NCBI GenBank assembly: GCA_039208735.1
Contig: JBCCQY010000006.1
Coordinates: 1-64,000, forward strand
Reading direction: 5' to 3'
Length of the DNA: 64,000 bases
DNA from: Myxococcota bacterium
Lineage (GTDB): Bacteria; Myxococcota_A; UBA796; GCA-2862545
Under the pieces are notes generated by a model. It saw only the letters and a list, made by a program, of their open reading frames with translations. It was not told where the DNA came from and searched no databases. Within the stretch, counting starts at the first letter, position 1. Every line of letters starts with the position of its first letter. The translations under genes and the position numbers were made by a program. This document shows positions 1 to 11,200 of the stretch, one piece after another.

Positions 1-140
1 CACGGTCCGTCCACACGGGTCCCTGAACATGCTCACCCCGATGGAGTTCATCGAACGCCTGCGGTCCACAGACAACCCCAACCCCCCACCAGAGGCGTGA
101 CACTAACGTTCGGGCTGGACCAGAAGTTTGGAGCTTGACA
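1..140 (+). mobile_element. Right end of IS3-family insertion sequence (probably IS407 subgroup), partial
   Basis: 2..100 reads TVRPHGSLNMLTPMEFIERL...*, matching the IS3 OrfB C-terminal RPHxSLxxxTPxEF motif; followed by ...GGACCAGAAGTTTGGAGCTTGACA ending in CA at 140, typical of IS3 termini. Confidence 0.8.
2..100 (+). CDS. IS3-family transposase OrfB C-terminus (5' partial)
   Basis: RPHGSLNMLTPMEF motif; TGA at 98-100. Confidence 0.8.
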   Translation, partial: TVRPHGSLNMLTPMEFIERLRSTDNPNPPPEA

Positions 141-3080
141 ACGCTGCCGGTACGCAGCACGGGACCCAACCGACCAGTTGGGCGCGATCTCGCTCTCGAT
201 ACCCAGCGTGGTTTCATCCATACGGGATGGGCCAAGGTCAGGGGTTGCGGCAAGTTGGGGGAGAACAACCGTGCCGAAGCTCCGTGCAAAGCCGAGATCG
301 ACCCAAGTCCGTTGATCACCGAATGGCTCCCAGCGAAACCAGGCCCGAGGCCCTAGGTAGAGCTGCCCAAGGGCCACATCGCCACGAAGACCGCCCAGAA
401 TTCGCACCCTCGACCGTTTGTAGTCGTCTTGCAGAAAGAGACCGAGGCGAGGAAGTGAAGTTAGGCTCGGCACGGTGGGGCCCAAGCGCTCCTGTGTGGT
501 GGGTCCCAGGGACCATCGGACACGCTCTACGTCGACCCCGCCGGCGAAGTCGTGGTCGCCCCCCCAAGGCCCCCGCACCTCGAAGACGCTCAGTTCGGAC
601 CGTGCAGTTTCCCTTAGGCGGGTGTCTCCGTCGACGTGGATGCGTTCGGCACTTGCATGGGTCGCCAGCGTGATCTTGGCGTCAGGGAACCACCAATAGG
701 TCCCCGACACCTGGGACTGTTGTTGCGGCGACCGCTCGCCTGCGTCGACGACCTCCGCCGTATTCAGGTGGGAAGAGAGATTGAGCCGATGTTCTGCATT
801 CGGCTGTAGGGTCAACCCGGCGTGAGCCTGGTGGCCGTGGAAGGTCCGTCCACCATTGGCGGTGACGTCCATGCGATGACGGGCCAGGGCCCAGAGTTGG
901 TCACGGACAATGGGCCCCGAAAGCTCGGTCCATAGCGAGTCGGCGCGCACTGAATTACCGGCAAGGGTCTCGACATGCAGCCACTCGGAGTGGAAGCTAA
1001 GGTTGTTGGTGCCGCCCGGGACGAAGTGTAGAGGTGCCGGTGCGTGACCTGCGCGGTTGGGCAGTACACCGCGTACGAAGTTCGGAGTTTTCGTCAACGC
1101 ATCGAAGTTGAAGTTGACCCCAAAGGTCCCGGTTACCGGGTCCGTGACGTTGACCCCATCGAGGGAGTAGGTGTTCTCGTTGAAGGCGCCCCCGACCGCC
1201 ACGTTGCCTCCAACTCCAGGTTGGACCCCAGCAGCGATGTTGATCGAGTTTTGATACGAACGGCCGGCTGGGATCTTCGTAAGAAACTCCTTGGCTCCCA
1301 CCTGGGAGCGGGTCTTTTTCTCGGCCTGAAAGAACCGGGCCCCCTCTGGTGGCGCCACGCGTTGTTCGGCCCGGAACACCCCATCGACGTCCGCGACCTG
1401 CCGAACCACCGCGGAGTCGATCGCGATGAACGACGTGTAACGGCTGGAAACCTGATATTCGAGCGACAGGTCCGTGATTTGGCGTGTGACATCGCCGATG
1501 TTCCGCCACTGCTGGTTGCGATCGAGTTCCCGGATGCGGCCGCGAGCCCAAGTGGACGGTAGGGCTCGTCCTGACGGCAAGACCGTCGGATGCATGGCGA
1601 CTTGGAAGGAGCCATCGCCGGATCGACCCTGCAAGAGGATGGGCGTGGTGCCCTGCGACAGGACGCGGACTGCGATCTGAAGAGGTCGATCCGCGTACAC
1701 CGCAGGCAGACGCTGGGGGGTGGGGCTGTCGACCTGCCAGTCCCCCCAGTCAATGGTGACATCGGTTAGGACAGGTTTTTCGATGGTCCTTAGGAACCTG
1801 TCCACCGTGGTGCCGAGGTCTTCACCAACGCGAAGGAAGGTGGCCGAGCCGCCGGTGATGCGGGCCAATTCCTCGAGCAAGAAGCGGTTGGGCGCGGGCC
1901 CTGGGCCAATGGTGAACAGCCGTTGCGACCCCAAGAGTTCGTCCGTTGCCGCCAGGACCTCGAGATCGTTGGCGACGAGCCCATCGGTGACGATCACCAC
2001 GGTGCGCTCACGGCCCGGATCAAGGGGTGCGCCCAAGACGGTGCGCACGCCTTCGAGCAAGGGCGTAGGTCCACTGGCCTCGAGGCTTGCGATCACCCCA
2101 TCCGCGAGGGTTCGAGCCCAAGGGGTCATGGGCACGGCCTGGCGACCGGACGCTAGCCAGTTCGACGAGGGCAGGAGCCAAAGGCTGTCTCGCTCGTCAA
2201 GCTGGTCGATCATGCGTCGCATGGCGCGCTGGGTGAGATCGAGGGGGGCGCCTTGCATGGAACAGGACTGATCGACGAGCCACACGAGTTCCCGAGGGAG
2301 GAGGTTGCTCGTGGGGACAACCGAAGGAGGTTCGACGCTGATCAGGGCGTGACCGTCCTGGATCAGCAGTCCGGCTTGAGGTTCCGGGCGGCTCGTAGTC
2401 CAGCGCAGGACCACGTCGCGATTGGCGGCCGCTTCGAGGGTGACCGAGGCCCGGTGGGGTTCGCCGATGCGCTCGGGCTGGCGAATGTGTGGCATGACCA
2501 CATGCGTCGATGAAGTCAGGGATTGAATGGCAAACGCACTGGCGACATCCAAGTGGATGGTCGCCTGAAGCGGTGGCCCTCCAACCAGGGGTCCCACCTC
2601 GAGACTTCGCGACGCCGTCTGTGGAACAAACCGTGGTGCGGCCACGAGCGGTAAGACGAGTTCGTGTTGCCCCTCCACCCGCGGTATGGGCTGAACGAGG
2701 CGCAGGGTGACTCGAATCGTGCCCCCCGGCGGCACGTTGCCAACGCGTTGGGTGAACACGTTCGGCCGTGACTCTTCGGTCAGCGCAGCCACCCGTCCTT
2801 CGGCGACGGCGCGACGATAGGCTCGTCGAGCCTCTGCGCGCTTTTCGATCCTTCCGATGATGGTTCTTCCTTCCACCTCGATTTCAAGTCCGTCAACCGC
2901 TGCGTTTTCGGGCAATGGGAACGTGTACACGCCCTCGATGAACCGCTCTTGGTCATTGACAAAGACCTGGGTGAACGTGGCCTCTGCGATCGCATGGCTC
3001 ACGTCGACGTCGTAGGAGATTTCGCGAACGGGAAGACCACGGCTGGCGAGGGCCGCGACGATTCCGATGAGTACGACCAT
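141..3080 (-). pseudogene. VIT + vWA + TonB-dependent receptor-like (plug/barrel) fusion, 3'-truncated by the IS; ORF reads through IS DNA to 48
   Basis: VIT motif (EGVYTFPLPENAAVDG, LTEESRPNVF); vWA MIDAS DQSCS with TDG; Oar-type plug motif EFLTKIPAGRSYQ...NENTYSLDGVNVTDPVTGTF; barrel motifs LSGPIVRDQLW, GLFLQDDYK; residues from CQAPNF onward are IS-derived. Confidence 0.75.
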
Positions 3081-3219
3081 TGCTGCCCCCGCGACCTCGT
3101 TTTCGAAGTGAGGCCGGGTGTCGCACCGTTAAGATGGCTCGGCGATGTCGATCCCTTTTGCCTCGAGTCCCGCCCAGATTACGCGTGTGGCTCGCTGCCA
3201 GGGACCTCTTCAAGCCCGG

Positions 3220-4104
3220 TCATGGCCTCCCATATTCAGGGTCGAAGAAGCGTTCGAGGGTGAGGTTGGGCCGTCCCACGACCTCCCAGGTGTCTTCGGC
3301 GAGCAGTTTGTCCGGAAAGCTCAGGAGGTACTTGGTCATGGCCACGGGCATGCGCAACGTGGGCATGAACACACTCATCGCGGAGGCCGCCCATAAGGGG
3401 ATGCGCCGAATCTGCATCTTGGGAGAAGTGACCGCGACGAATCGGGCTGCTGCATCGTCGACGTGGAGGGCTTCGGAGCCTTGGACTGCGAAGTCTCGGT
3501 TGAGGGCCCTTGGGTTGGCCATTGCTTGTCGTACGTGATCGGCGAGATCGGTCGTGTTTGTGAAGTAGAACGGACGTGGGTAGGTGCCGAGCAGCATCAA
3601 CGCGCCGTTGCGCACGAAGCGAGGAAGGGAGTCCAGGAACCACGTGGCGTGAAAGAGCGTGAACGGAATCCCGGACTCCCGAAGCAAGGCCTGGCCGCGC
3701 AGTCGGACGACGTTGGGGAGGAAGTCAGGGACGACGTCGGCGTTGGCGGGATGCGCACCCAGCCCAGAAAGCTGTAGAATGTGCTCGATCGATCCGCCCC
3801 GAGCGGCCTGCAAGATGTTCGCTATCCCCTGGTGCTCGGTGTAGAAGGCACGGTTTCGCTCCAGCGTTTCGGTTGAGAGGTTGAGGTAGAGGAATCGGGA
3901 GCCGTCGAGCCCCCTGCGCAGGCTCTCCACGTTCTGCAGGTCAGCCGCCACCAGCGTTGTACCGCTGGGAAGGAGCCCTCGCGCCTTGTCGACGTCACGC
4001 ACCAGGGCCTTGACCGAAACTCCCTGGGACGCCCATCGATGGAGGACGGGAATGGCCAGCCGGCCCGTTGCTCCAATGACTGCAATGTGGTCTGTACCCG
4101 CCAT
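3220..4104 (-). CDS. NAD(P)H-binding NmrA/SDR-like oxidoreductase
   Basis: IAVIGATGRLA Rossmann motif, ALVRD, LRESGIPFT. Confidence 0.85.
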   Translation of the reverse strand: MAGTDHIAVIGATGRLAIPVLHRWASQGVSVKALVRDVDKARGLLPSGTTLVAADLQNVESLRRGLDGSRFLYLNLSTETLERNRAFYTEHQGIANILQAARGGSIEHILQLSGLGAHPANADVVPDFLPNVVRLRGQALLRESGIPFTLFHATWFLDSLPRFVRNGALMLLGTYPRPFYFTNTTDLADHVRQAMANPRALNRDFAVQGSEALHVDDAAARFVAVTSPKMQIRRIPLWAASAMSVFMPTLRMPVAMTKYLLSFPDKLLAEDTWEVVGRPNLTLERFFDPEYGRP

Positions 4105-4147
4105 TTCGACCTCCGGATGGATGCTGACTCCTACGGCGGATCGTGAA

Positions 4148-4180
4148 ATGATTCCAATGCATCATTGCTATAGGATGCAT
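4148..4180. promoter_or_regulatory. Putative LysR binding site (T-N11-A; ATG-N9-CAT)
   Basis: ATGATTCCAATGCAT at 4148-4162 in an AT-rich spacer between the divergent LysR and SDR genes. Confidence 0.45.
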
Positions 4181-4202
4181 GATTTGAAGGAATTAATGGA
4201 GC

Positions 4203-5126
4203 ATGACCATGGCCACACCGACGCCCATCGCGGGGGTTGACCTCAACCTGCTGACGTCCCTCGACGCATTGCTTGAAACAGGCTCGGTGACGCATGCCGC
4301 GAAGCGGGTGGGCGTCACGCAATCGGCCATGAGCCGGACGTTGGGTCGACTGCGAGTCGTCTTGAACGACTCCCTGTTCCTTCGCCAGGGACGAACCCTC
4401 GTTCCCACGGCTCGAGCGCTCGCCCTACGCGAACCCTTGCAGGATCTCTTCGCGCTTCTCGAGCATCGGATCTTGGCAAAGCCCGACTTCGATCCGGAGG
4501 CGAGCGAGCGAGCGTTCCGCATCGTGGGCGCAGACATCATGGATCTGACCTTGGTCCCCACGATCTTTCGTGCCCTACGGCGGGAGGCTCCCTACGCGAC
4601 GCTACAGGTGTTGCGCGTCACTCCCGAGGCCGATCCGCCGGACTTGGTGTTCGCGCCGGGGCCGCAGCATCAGAATGTGCCGGTGTTGAACACGCTGCGA
4701 CGTGCGCCGTTGTTCATCCACCGATTCACCACCCTCGTCCGGGATGATCATCCGGTCTTGGCTCGACCGTGGAACCTCGACCAGTTCCTCGAACTCGACC
4801 ATGTCTTGGTCGCTCCCCTCGGTGGGACCGATGGCCTGGTCGACCGCTTGCTCGCGGAGCGTGGCCTTCGACGGAAGATCGCCCTATGGACCACCGACTT
4901 CGCCAACCTGGGTCCGCTGCTCGAACAAACGGATTTGGTGGCGAGCCTTCCCGATACTCAGGCTCGATTTCTGCGCGCACACTTTGCCGTGCGCGAGCTG
5001 CAGGCACCGATCGAACTCCCTGACACGCCGGTCTACATGTACTGGCTCCCGCGAGACGATGAAGACCCAGGCCATCGCTGGTTCCGCGACCTCGTTCAGC
5101 GGTGCATCTGTGGCGACGCGCGGTGA
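4203..5126 (+). CDS. LysR family transcriptional regulator
   Basis: DLNLLTSLDALLETGSVTHAAKRVGVTQSAMSRTLGRLR HTH; D-PGHRWFR C-terminus. Confidence 0.95.
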   Translation: MTMATPTPIAGVDLNLLTSLDALLETGSVTHAAKRVGVTQSAMSRTLGRLRVVLNDSLFLRQGRTLVPTARALALREPLQDLFALLEHRILAKPDFDPEASERAFRIVGADIMDLTLVPTIFRALRREAPYATLQVLRVTPEADPPDLVFAPGPQHQNVPVLNTLRRAPLFIHRFTTLVRDDHPVLARPWNLDQFLELDHVLVAPLGGTDGLVDRLLAERGLRRKIALWTTDFANLGPLLEQTDLVASLPDTQARFLRAHFAVRELQAPIELPDTPVYMYWLPRDDEDPGHRWFRDLVQRCICGDAR

Positions 5127-5290
5127 GATCACGCAGGGATCACGAGCGTGCCATACCCGGATCGTGCCCATGTGAGGATGCGTACGTTTGGAGGAGCCCG
5201 AATAGGGGAAGATGCCCAAGAGCTCGCAGGTGCGGCGAGCGACCTTTGGCGAGGGCATCTTACAAGAGCAGCCCGAGTGTAGGAGGCAAG

Positions 5291-6556
5291 ATGGACCCCG
5301 CCAGACGGAGCGAACTCACTGCGATGCAGTGGTTCCTCTTCGCTGTGACGGTCCTTCAACCAGTCCTTTTCGTGGCGGCATCGATCGACGCGCCCGACCG
5401 GTTCGACCCGCTGGCTGGGCGGGCGGTGATGACCGCGTTGAGTGGACTGGCTTGGGTGGCCACCGTTCGGTTGCCTTGGGCCCAGGAGCGAGCCCACGGG
5501 ATTGCCTTGATCGTGGCGATGGGTCTGCAGGCTTACATCATTGCGCTTGGGGTGCCCAACAACATGTCCCAAGACGTGTTCATGGGCATTGTCATGACGA
5601 CAGCGGTGATGGTGACCTTATGTCGAACCGGCCCTGAGCTGGTGGTCTTCACCCTCCTGACGGTCGGGGGGGCCGCGTTGGCCAACGAACTGACGGTCGA
5701 CGGGTTCTACGAGACCTCCACCGTGGTTGCAGTGTTGGTCGCGGTCATCGGGGCAGTTGGCATCATGCTCTACCAGCGGGGTCGGCTGGAGCGGGAGCTG
5801 GCGGTGGCGCTTGAAGACGTTCGACGGTTGGACGCCACGAAGAGTCGTGTCTTGCACGACCTCGGGAACGTCGCGAATCGACTGGTGGGGTGCTGTGACG
5901 AGCTGGAGTACTTGCTTCCTGACCCGGTTCGTAAGGGGCTGGGGGAGGCCTCCCAACCGGTTTCAGAGGAACTCGGCGAACTCCGACGCACGGTTGACTA
6001 CATCGTCGAACTGCACACCAATGTGCGTGGGTTGCATCGGGAGAGCGATGGGAGGGTCCCTCTGCGAAGTGTTGCGGGCGCCCTCAAGAGTGCATTGTCC
6101 GTGGCTCGACTGGAGTGGCCGCCCCATACGCGCGTGGAGGTGAGCTGTGCGCCGAACGTCACCGTGTACTGTGATCCGACGGATCTGAACCGGATCCTTG
6201 TGAACCTGCTGATCAACGCCGGACATGCGATGGCAGAAGCCGGGGTTGCGTGGCCCGCGCTGACCGTGACCGTCCAGTCGAACGAGGGACGAATGGGGAT
6301 TCGCATCCAGGATAACGGACCTGGGATCCCCCCTTCGCTGCATGAAAAGGTGTTCGAGCCTCGCTTCACGACGCGGGAGAGCCACGGTGGGACGGGCCTC
6401 GGATTGGCCATTTCCCGGGAGCTGGCCACCCAGAACGGAGGGTCGCTGCAGCTCGTTCAAGGCGCGGTGGGCGGAGCCGTTTTTGTCGTGGAGCTCCCTG
6501 CGGGACCGGATTCGGAGGTCCCTTTGGGCATGCCGAAGCGGGATGTCGTCGAGTAG
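5291..6556 (+). CDS. Membrane sensor histidine kinase
   Basis: AGGAGG RBS before ATG 5291; several TM helices; H-box LHDLGN; N box NLLINA; DNGPGI, FEPRFTT, GGTGLGLAI. Confidence 0.9.
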   Translation: MDPARRSELTAMQWFLFAVTVLQPVLFVAASIDAPDRFDPLAGRAVMTALSGLAWVATVRLPWAQERAHGIALIVAMGLQAYIIALGVPNNMSQDVFMGIVMTTAVMVTLCRTGPELVVFTLLTVGGAALANELTVDGFYETSTVVAVLVAVIGAVGIMLYQRGRLERELAVALEDVRRLDATKSRVLHDLGNVANRLVGCCDELEYLLPDPVRKGLGEASQPVSEELGELRRTVDYIVELHTNVRGLHRESDGRVPLRSVAGALKSALSVARLEWPPHTRVEVSCAPNVTVYCDPTDLNRILVNLLINAGHAMAEAGVAWPALTVTVQSNEGRMGIRIQDNGPGIPPSLHEKVFEPRFTTRESHGGTGLGLAISRELATQNGGSLQLVQGAVGGAVFVVELPAGPDSEVPLGMPKRDVVE

Positions 6557-6634
6557 GGGTTCCCATGTCGGGATTTCAGCCTGGGCTTCGTATCTGTGGG
6601 TAGCGCGCTTGACGCTATGCCCTGGAGACAGCCC

Positions 6635-8041
6635 ATGTACCATCGGTTCCTCGCCCTGGTCGCCCTCGTTGCCTGCGCAGGCGATGACATCCTTCCGATC
6701 GACACAAACTCGCCGAGTCCCTCGCCAACCGGGGATACAGGCCCCGCGATGGCCACAGGGTCTACGGGTTCGGTCGATACGGGAACGCCCCCTGACCCCG
6801 AGCCTGAGACCGTCACGGTTCGAGCGCTCACCAGAGATGGCGATGCATTCGTTGGTGAGCCCGATCTGCCCATCGTGTTCAACGCGGCCGATGGCTCGTT
6901 CGTTGCGTCCTTCTTGACTGACGAAACCGGTACCGTGACCACCGATGCATTTGTCCCGGGCGGCTCCGTGTCGTTCGTTCGCGTGAGCACTGGCGGGAAC
7001 TCGGTTTATACCTTTGATGCGCGCACCATTGACACGATTTTCGGTATTGAGGCGGGCGATGTCATCGAAAGCGGAGGACCGGAGCGGAACTCCGAGTTCC
7101 CGACCGCAGGTCGCGTGGATGTTGACGTTAGCGCGCCGCCGACGGGTGGGACGTTCCAAGAAGTCTTCGTCTCCTGCGGGGGCCGAAGCGTTTTGGAAGG
7201 GCCTCCTGCGACGGTGGGCGTTGGGCTTTGGGATCGCTGTGCGGCGGGTCCCGTCGAGGTACTCGCGCTCGATTACGAGACGTTCGCGCGCGAACGGGCT
7301 CGGAGCTTCGCGGTGACGACGGCCCAGCTTGGCGGCATGCCACTCGAGGCCACCGCCCAGCTCAACGTCTGGAGCGACGCTGCGGGGACCCTCACCGTAG
7401 ACGTTCCCAACGGGACCTGGTCCACCGAAGCCATGGGCAAGCTTGGGAACGTCTTTCCCTACCTGGACGCGAGATACGGGGCTGAATCGGTTGATGCCAA
7501 GGTGCATTCATCGTTTTCAGAGGTGCTGGTTCGGTCGTACCTCGACCAACGCATTCGCATGCAGGTCGTGCCAGCCCCTCCGGTGGGCACCACGACGGCC
7601 CTGACCATTGTGGACAGCGATCACCTTCCGGCCATCACCGTGGATGCATTCGATCTGACCGCGCCTCGACCGACGGTTTCTATCGGGGGGACGACGAGCG
7701 CGACGTGCGGGACCGCACCGGCGAACGTCATCGCTGGCGAGCTGTTCCTCGACCAACGTGACTCCAATGGCTTCCAGTATTCCACCACCGTGGGCGCCTG
7801 GACCTTCCTCGCACCCGTGGGCAGCCAGGTGTCGATGCCGGACCTGGGGCCAGACTACACCGATGTCTGGCCTACGATTGCCAATCCGACGACGGAGTTT
7901 GCGACGGTGGTGATGGTGGCGAGCCCGGACGTCGACTACGCGGACTACCGCTCCCGAAGCCGGCCAACCCTCCTGGGAGACCTCATGGATCCCCCCGATG
8001 TGGCCACCTTTGGCTGCCAATCTTGGGTGAGCGTCCCGTAG
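6635..8041 (+). CDS. Lipoprotein of unknown function (paralogue of 40937..42346)
   Basis: MYHRFLALVALVAC lipobox; Pro/Thr linker; beta-rich body. Confidence 0.75.
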   Translation: MYHRFLALVALVACAGDDILPIDTNSPSPSPTGDTGPAMATGSTGSVDTGTPPDPEPETVTVRALTRDGDAFVGEPDLPIVFNAADGSFVASFLTDETGTVTTDAFVPGGSVSFVRVSTGGNSVYTFDARTIDTIFGIEAGDVIESGGPERNSEFPTAGRVDVDVSAPPTGGTFQEVFVSCGGRSVLEGPPATVGVGLWDRCAAGPVEVLALDYETFARERARSFAVTTAQLGGMPLEATAQLNVWSDAAGTLTVDVPNGTWSTEAMGKLGNVFPYLDARYGAESVDAKVHSSFSEVLVRSYLDQRIRMQVVPAPPVGTTTALTIVDSDHLPAITVDAFDLTAPRPTVSIGGTTSATCGTAPANVIAGELFLDQRDSNGFQYSTTVGAWTFLAPVGSQVSMPDLGPDYTDVWPTIANPTTEFATVVMVASPDVDYADYRSRSRPTLLGDLMDPPDVATFGCQSWVSVP

Positions 8042-8161
8042 CCGGAGACTCCGCAGCTTTCCCTTCGACGTGCATTGCGACCTGATGCTCGGCGGTGAGT
8101 CAGGGATGGGGATGCCAATCAAGGATTAGTTGGGCGCCGCGGACTGGCCGAGCACTGGAAG

Positions 8162-8190
8162 TGCCCCACCAGCGAGCACCTGGTGGGGCA
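8162..8190. terminator. Hairpin, probable terminator between convergent genes
   Basis: TGCCCCACCAG-N7-CTGGTGGGGCA, a perfect 11-bp stem; U-tract weak. Confidence 0.55.
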
Positions 8191-8234
8191 ATGTCGGCCT
8201 AATGATCTAAGCTAGGCACTTTTGTTACCAGCAT

Positions 8235-11200
8235 CTACTTGTTTTGGTCGTTGCCTAGCTTAATCAGGCCAGCTGACACCGCACCACCGATGAGCCACCA
8301 TGCCTCTTTGACTTCGTTCTTTGCGAAGTGAACCGCGACCTTACTTCCCAAAAGACATTGGGCGAGCGCCAGACCCTGCCAAGTTAGGAAATCTCCAATG
8401 GTTAGTGTTCCCCGATTCCTGTCAGCGGCCCACCGAATGGAGGCTACCATGACCGCTCCGGTGAATTGGCCAACGTAGAACCCCATGGCGCAACCCATGA
8501 CAGCCTGCTTGTTGTAGGAGATTGCGGTTTCCGTTCCGGTTGGATCGTACAGATACGTTGGTGCGCCCCGCGCATACAGATATCTAGGCTCATGGTAAGC
8601 TGGGTCTTCCGAGTTCCAAGTACCCGTCGAAGGAGCCATACACCGGGCTCGAGCCCACACCATGCCGGTCGGGTCTTCAGCATGTCCGGTGTAGCCATAC
8701 GGAACGACCGCCGAAGGAAGCGCGGCTCGTACACCAAACGCGTCTCGCGATACGAGCCCTGCCACTTGGCCTGTGGTTCCATTCAACCATCCAACGGTGG
8801 TCCCCAGATGGTCGCGTACCGCGTCCTCGTGGAGTCCACCGTCGAGTTTCGCCAGCACATCGCCCATCCGATCACTTGTCAAGAAGCCAGCGGTGCGTGT
8901 TCCTGTGAGGTCGTACGTTGCTCTAGCGAGGCCATTCAAGTCGTAGACGAAAGCCTCGCCGTATCCCGCGTCGTTTTGGACTTGCACCCGCAGGTCATTT
9001 GCATCGTAGCTAAACGTCCAGCTCACTCCACCCTCATCGAGGGACACCAATTGATCCAGTGCATTGTAGGAGTAGGTGGTAATGGCGGAAGTAATTCGGT
9101 GAGTCCTGGAAATCCGACGACCCTCAAGGTCATACAAGTAGGTATACGTTGCATCTTGAAGAAGCTTGTCGGCGGCGTCGTAAATCACGTCGCTCACGGG
9201 GTCTCGATGACTTGACGTTCGACGACCGGCTGTGTCGTACGTATAGCTCTCGTCGCTGAACGCAGCTGCGGCTGGGTGGTCGACGAAGGTAAGTCTTCCC
9301 GCGATGTCGTACGAATAGGTGTGGGTTCCTGCGCTGTCCGTCGTCGTATCGGGTTGCCCACGACCGTTGTAGGTGTTGAGGACTTGGTGTAGGGTCGCCC
9401 CGATCAAATCGGTGGTAATAACACTCTCAGCCTGCCCTGACGCATTGAAGCTTGTCGTTGTCGTGACACCGTTTGGTCGAGTCAGACTGCTTCTACGACC
9501 GGCTATGTCGTAGCCGATGGAGTAGGTGCCGAGGCTCGCCTCGGTCACTGTAGACAAACGTCCTCGACTATCGTACCCATGGGTTACGGACTGGCTTTCA
9601 CCGGTGAGGGTCTCAATTCGGTCTGCGTTATCCATCCCGATGGTCCAGGTATGACCCACATGTCCAGAGCCTGGGGTCCCGGAAACGGTGACCTCGATCA
9701 GCTTTGCCCCACTATACTTGCGCGTTTCCGTGTGGTCACCACTCCGCGAGAGCACGACTCGGCCTAGCGCGTCATACTGATACTGTTTGTCCACACCGGG
9801 GCCCTGGACTGTGGCGAGTCGTCCCGCTGCGTCATAGGTACGCGTCACGACTTCGCCATTGCGATTGGTCCTTGTTAACTCTCGACCGTTTTCATCGTAC
9901 GTCCACGTGACTGTACGTCCAAGCTTGTCCGTATAGGTAGTAGGTCTATCGAACTCGTCGTAGGTAAAGGTCATCACGTGGTTCAGCGGGTTGGTGATGG
10001 TCTTTCGATTGCCGTTTGCGTCATAGGTGATCGAAGTTGTGCCGACTCCACCCGTGAAGCTGCGTGTATGCGACGTTAGCTGTCCCCTGGCGTCATGTGT
10101 CACGTTGATTATATCACTAGAGCCCGCGTAATCGGGGATTTGGATTGAATCAAGCTGCAAGTCGGATCCGTAGTCAAGTGTCAGTACTTGACCTGCGCCG
10201 TTCTCGACTGTGAGGGGTAAGCCCCGAGACGTGTATGTCATCCGTCGTGCAAGGGTTCCGTCACCGCGGCGAACTTCGAACGGAAGGCCTGCGGCGTCGA
10301 AGGTCGTCGTTTCGACAACGTCACCATCCTCGCGCCGCGCCATGAGCTGACCGAAGGGTCCATAGTCCCACTCCCGTACCACTCCAGCAGAGTCCACATG
10401 CTGGATTTGCCGACCCTGTTCATCATGTTGCCAGCTCTCGACGGCCCCGGTAGTCAATGTGTGGGTGGCCCGGTAGTAGTTTTGGTCATAAGTCCATTCT
10501 TCGACGAGGTTTTGCGGCGCGCCATCCGGGTCGACGTAGGAGTAGGTACGCTTGACCATCATCCCGTCGCTATCGTATTCTGTTGTTTGGGTGAGCCCGG
10601 GATCCGGACCCGTCACTACGTGGGTGTATGCGGTAGAGTTGGAACTCTCGGTCGTAAGTACGCCCTGAGCATCCGTGATGGACTCCACACGTCCATCGGG
10701 ACCATAGACGATCTGAGCAACGGGTGGTCGACCATCGACATTATACGACATGAGCCGGTGTGCGCTGTCATAGACAAAGCGGGTCATATCTCCATCGCTG
10801 TCAGTGACGCTCACCAGATCACCGGCCGAATCGTAGGCATACGTGAAGGTTTCATTGCTAGGGAGGGTCATACTTGTGATGCGACCATGCCCATCGCGTA
10901 CCCATGTGGTGGCTGTGCCAGATTCTGGGTAGATACCATCAGTGCGGAATTCGATTCGATTCGATGGAGGAAGGACCATTTCCTTCATTCCGGCATTGAC
11001 GTCGAGGAGATACTCCACGCCACTCGGGTCCGTCAGCCAGAACTGGGTGGGATTGTAGAGGCCTCCGCCTCCGATACCTCCGAGCAAGTTGCCGGCGCCT
11101 CCGTACAACGCCGTTGTGTCCAGAGATGTTGGGCGTAAGCTTGAGTATGCGCCAGGACGCTGTTTCCATGCGACTGGTACCGCAGCCGCAAAGAACGAGC

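Noticed and set aside
5963..7507. 514-aa minus-strand ORF
   Set aside because: Antisense shadow of the kinase and lipoprotein genes; no motifs
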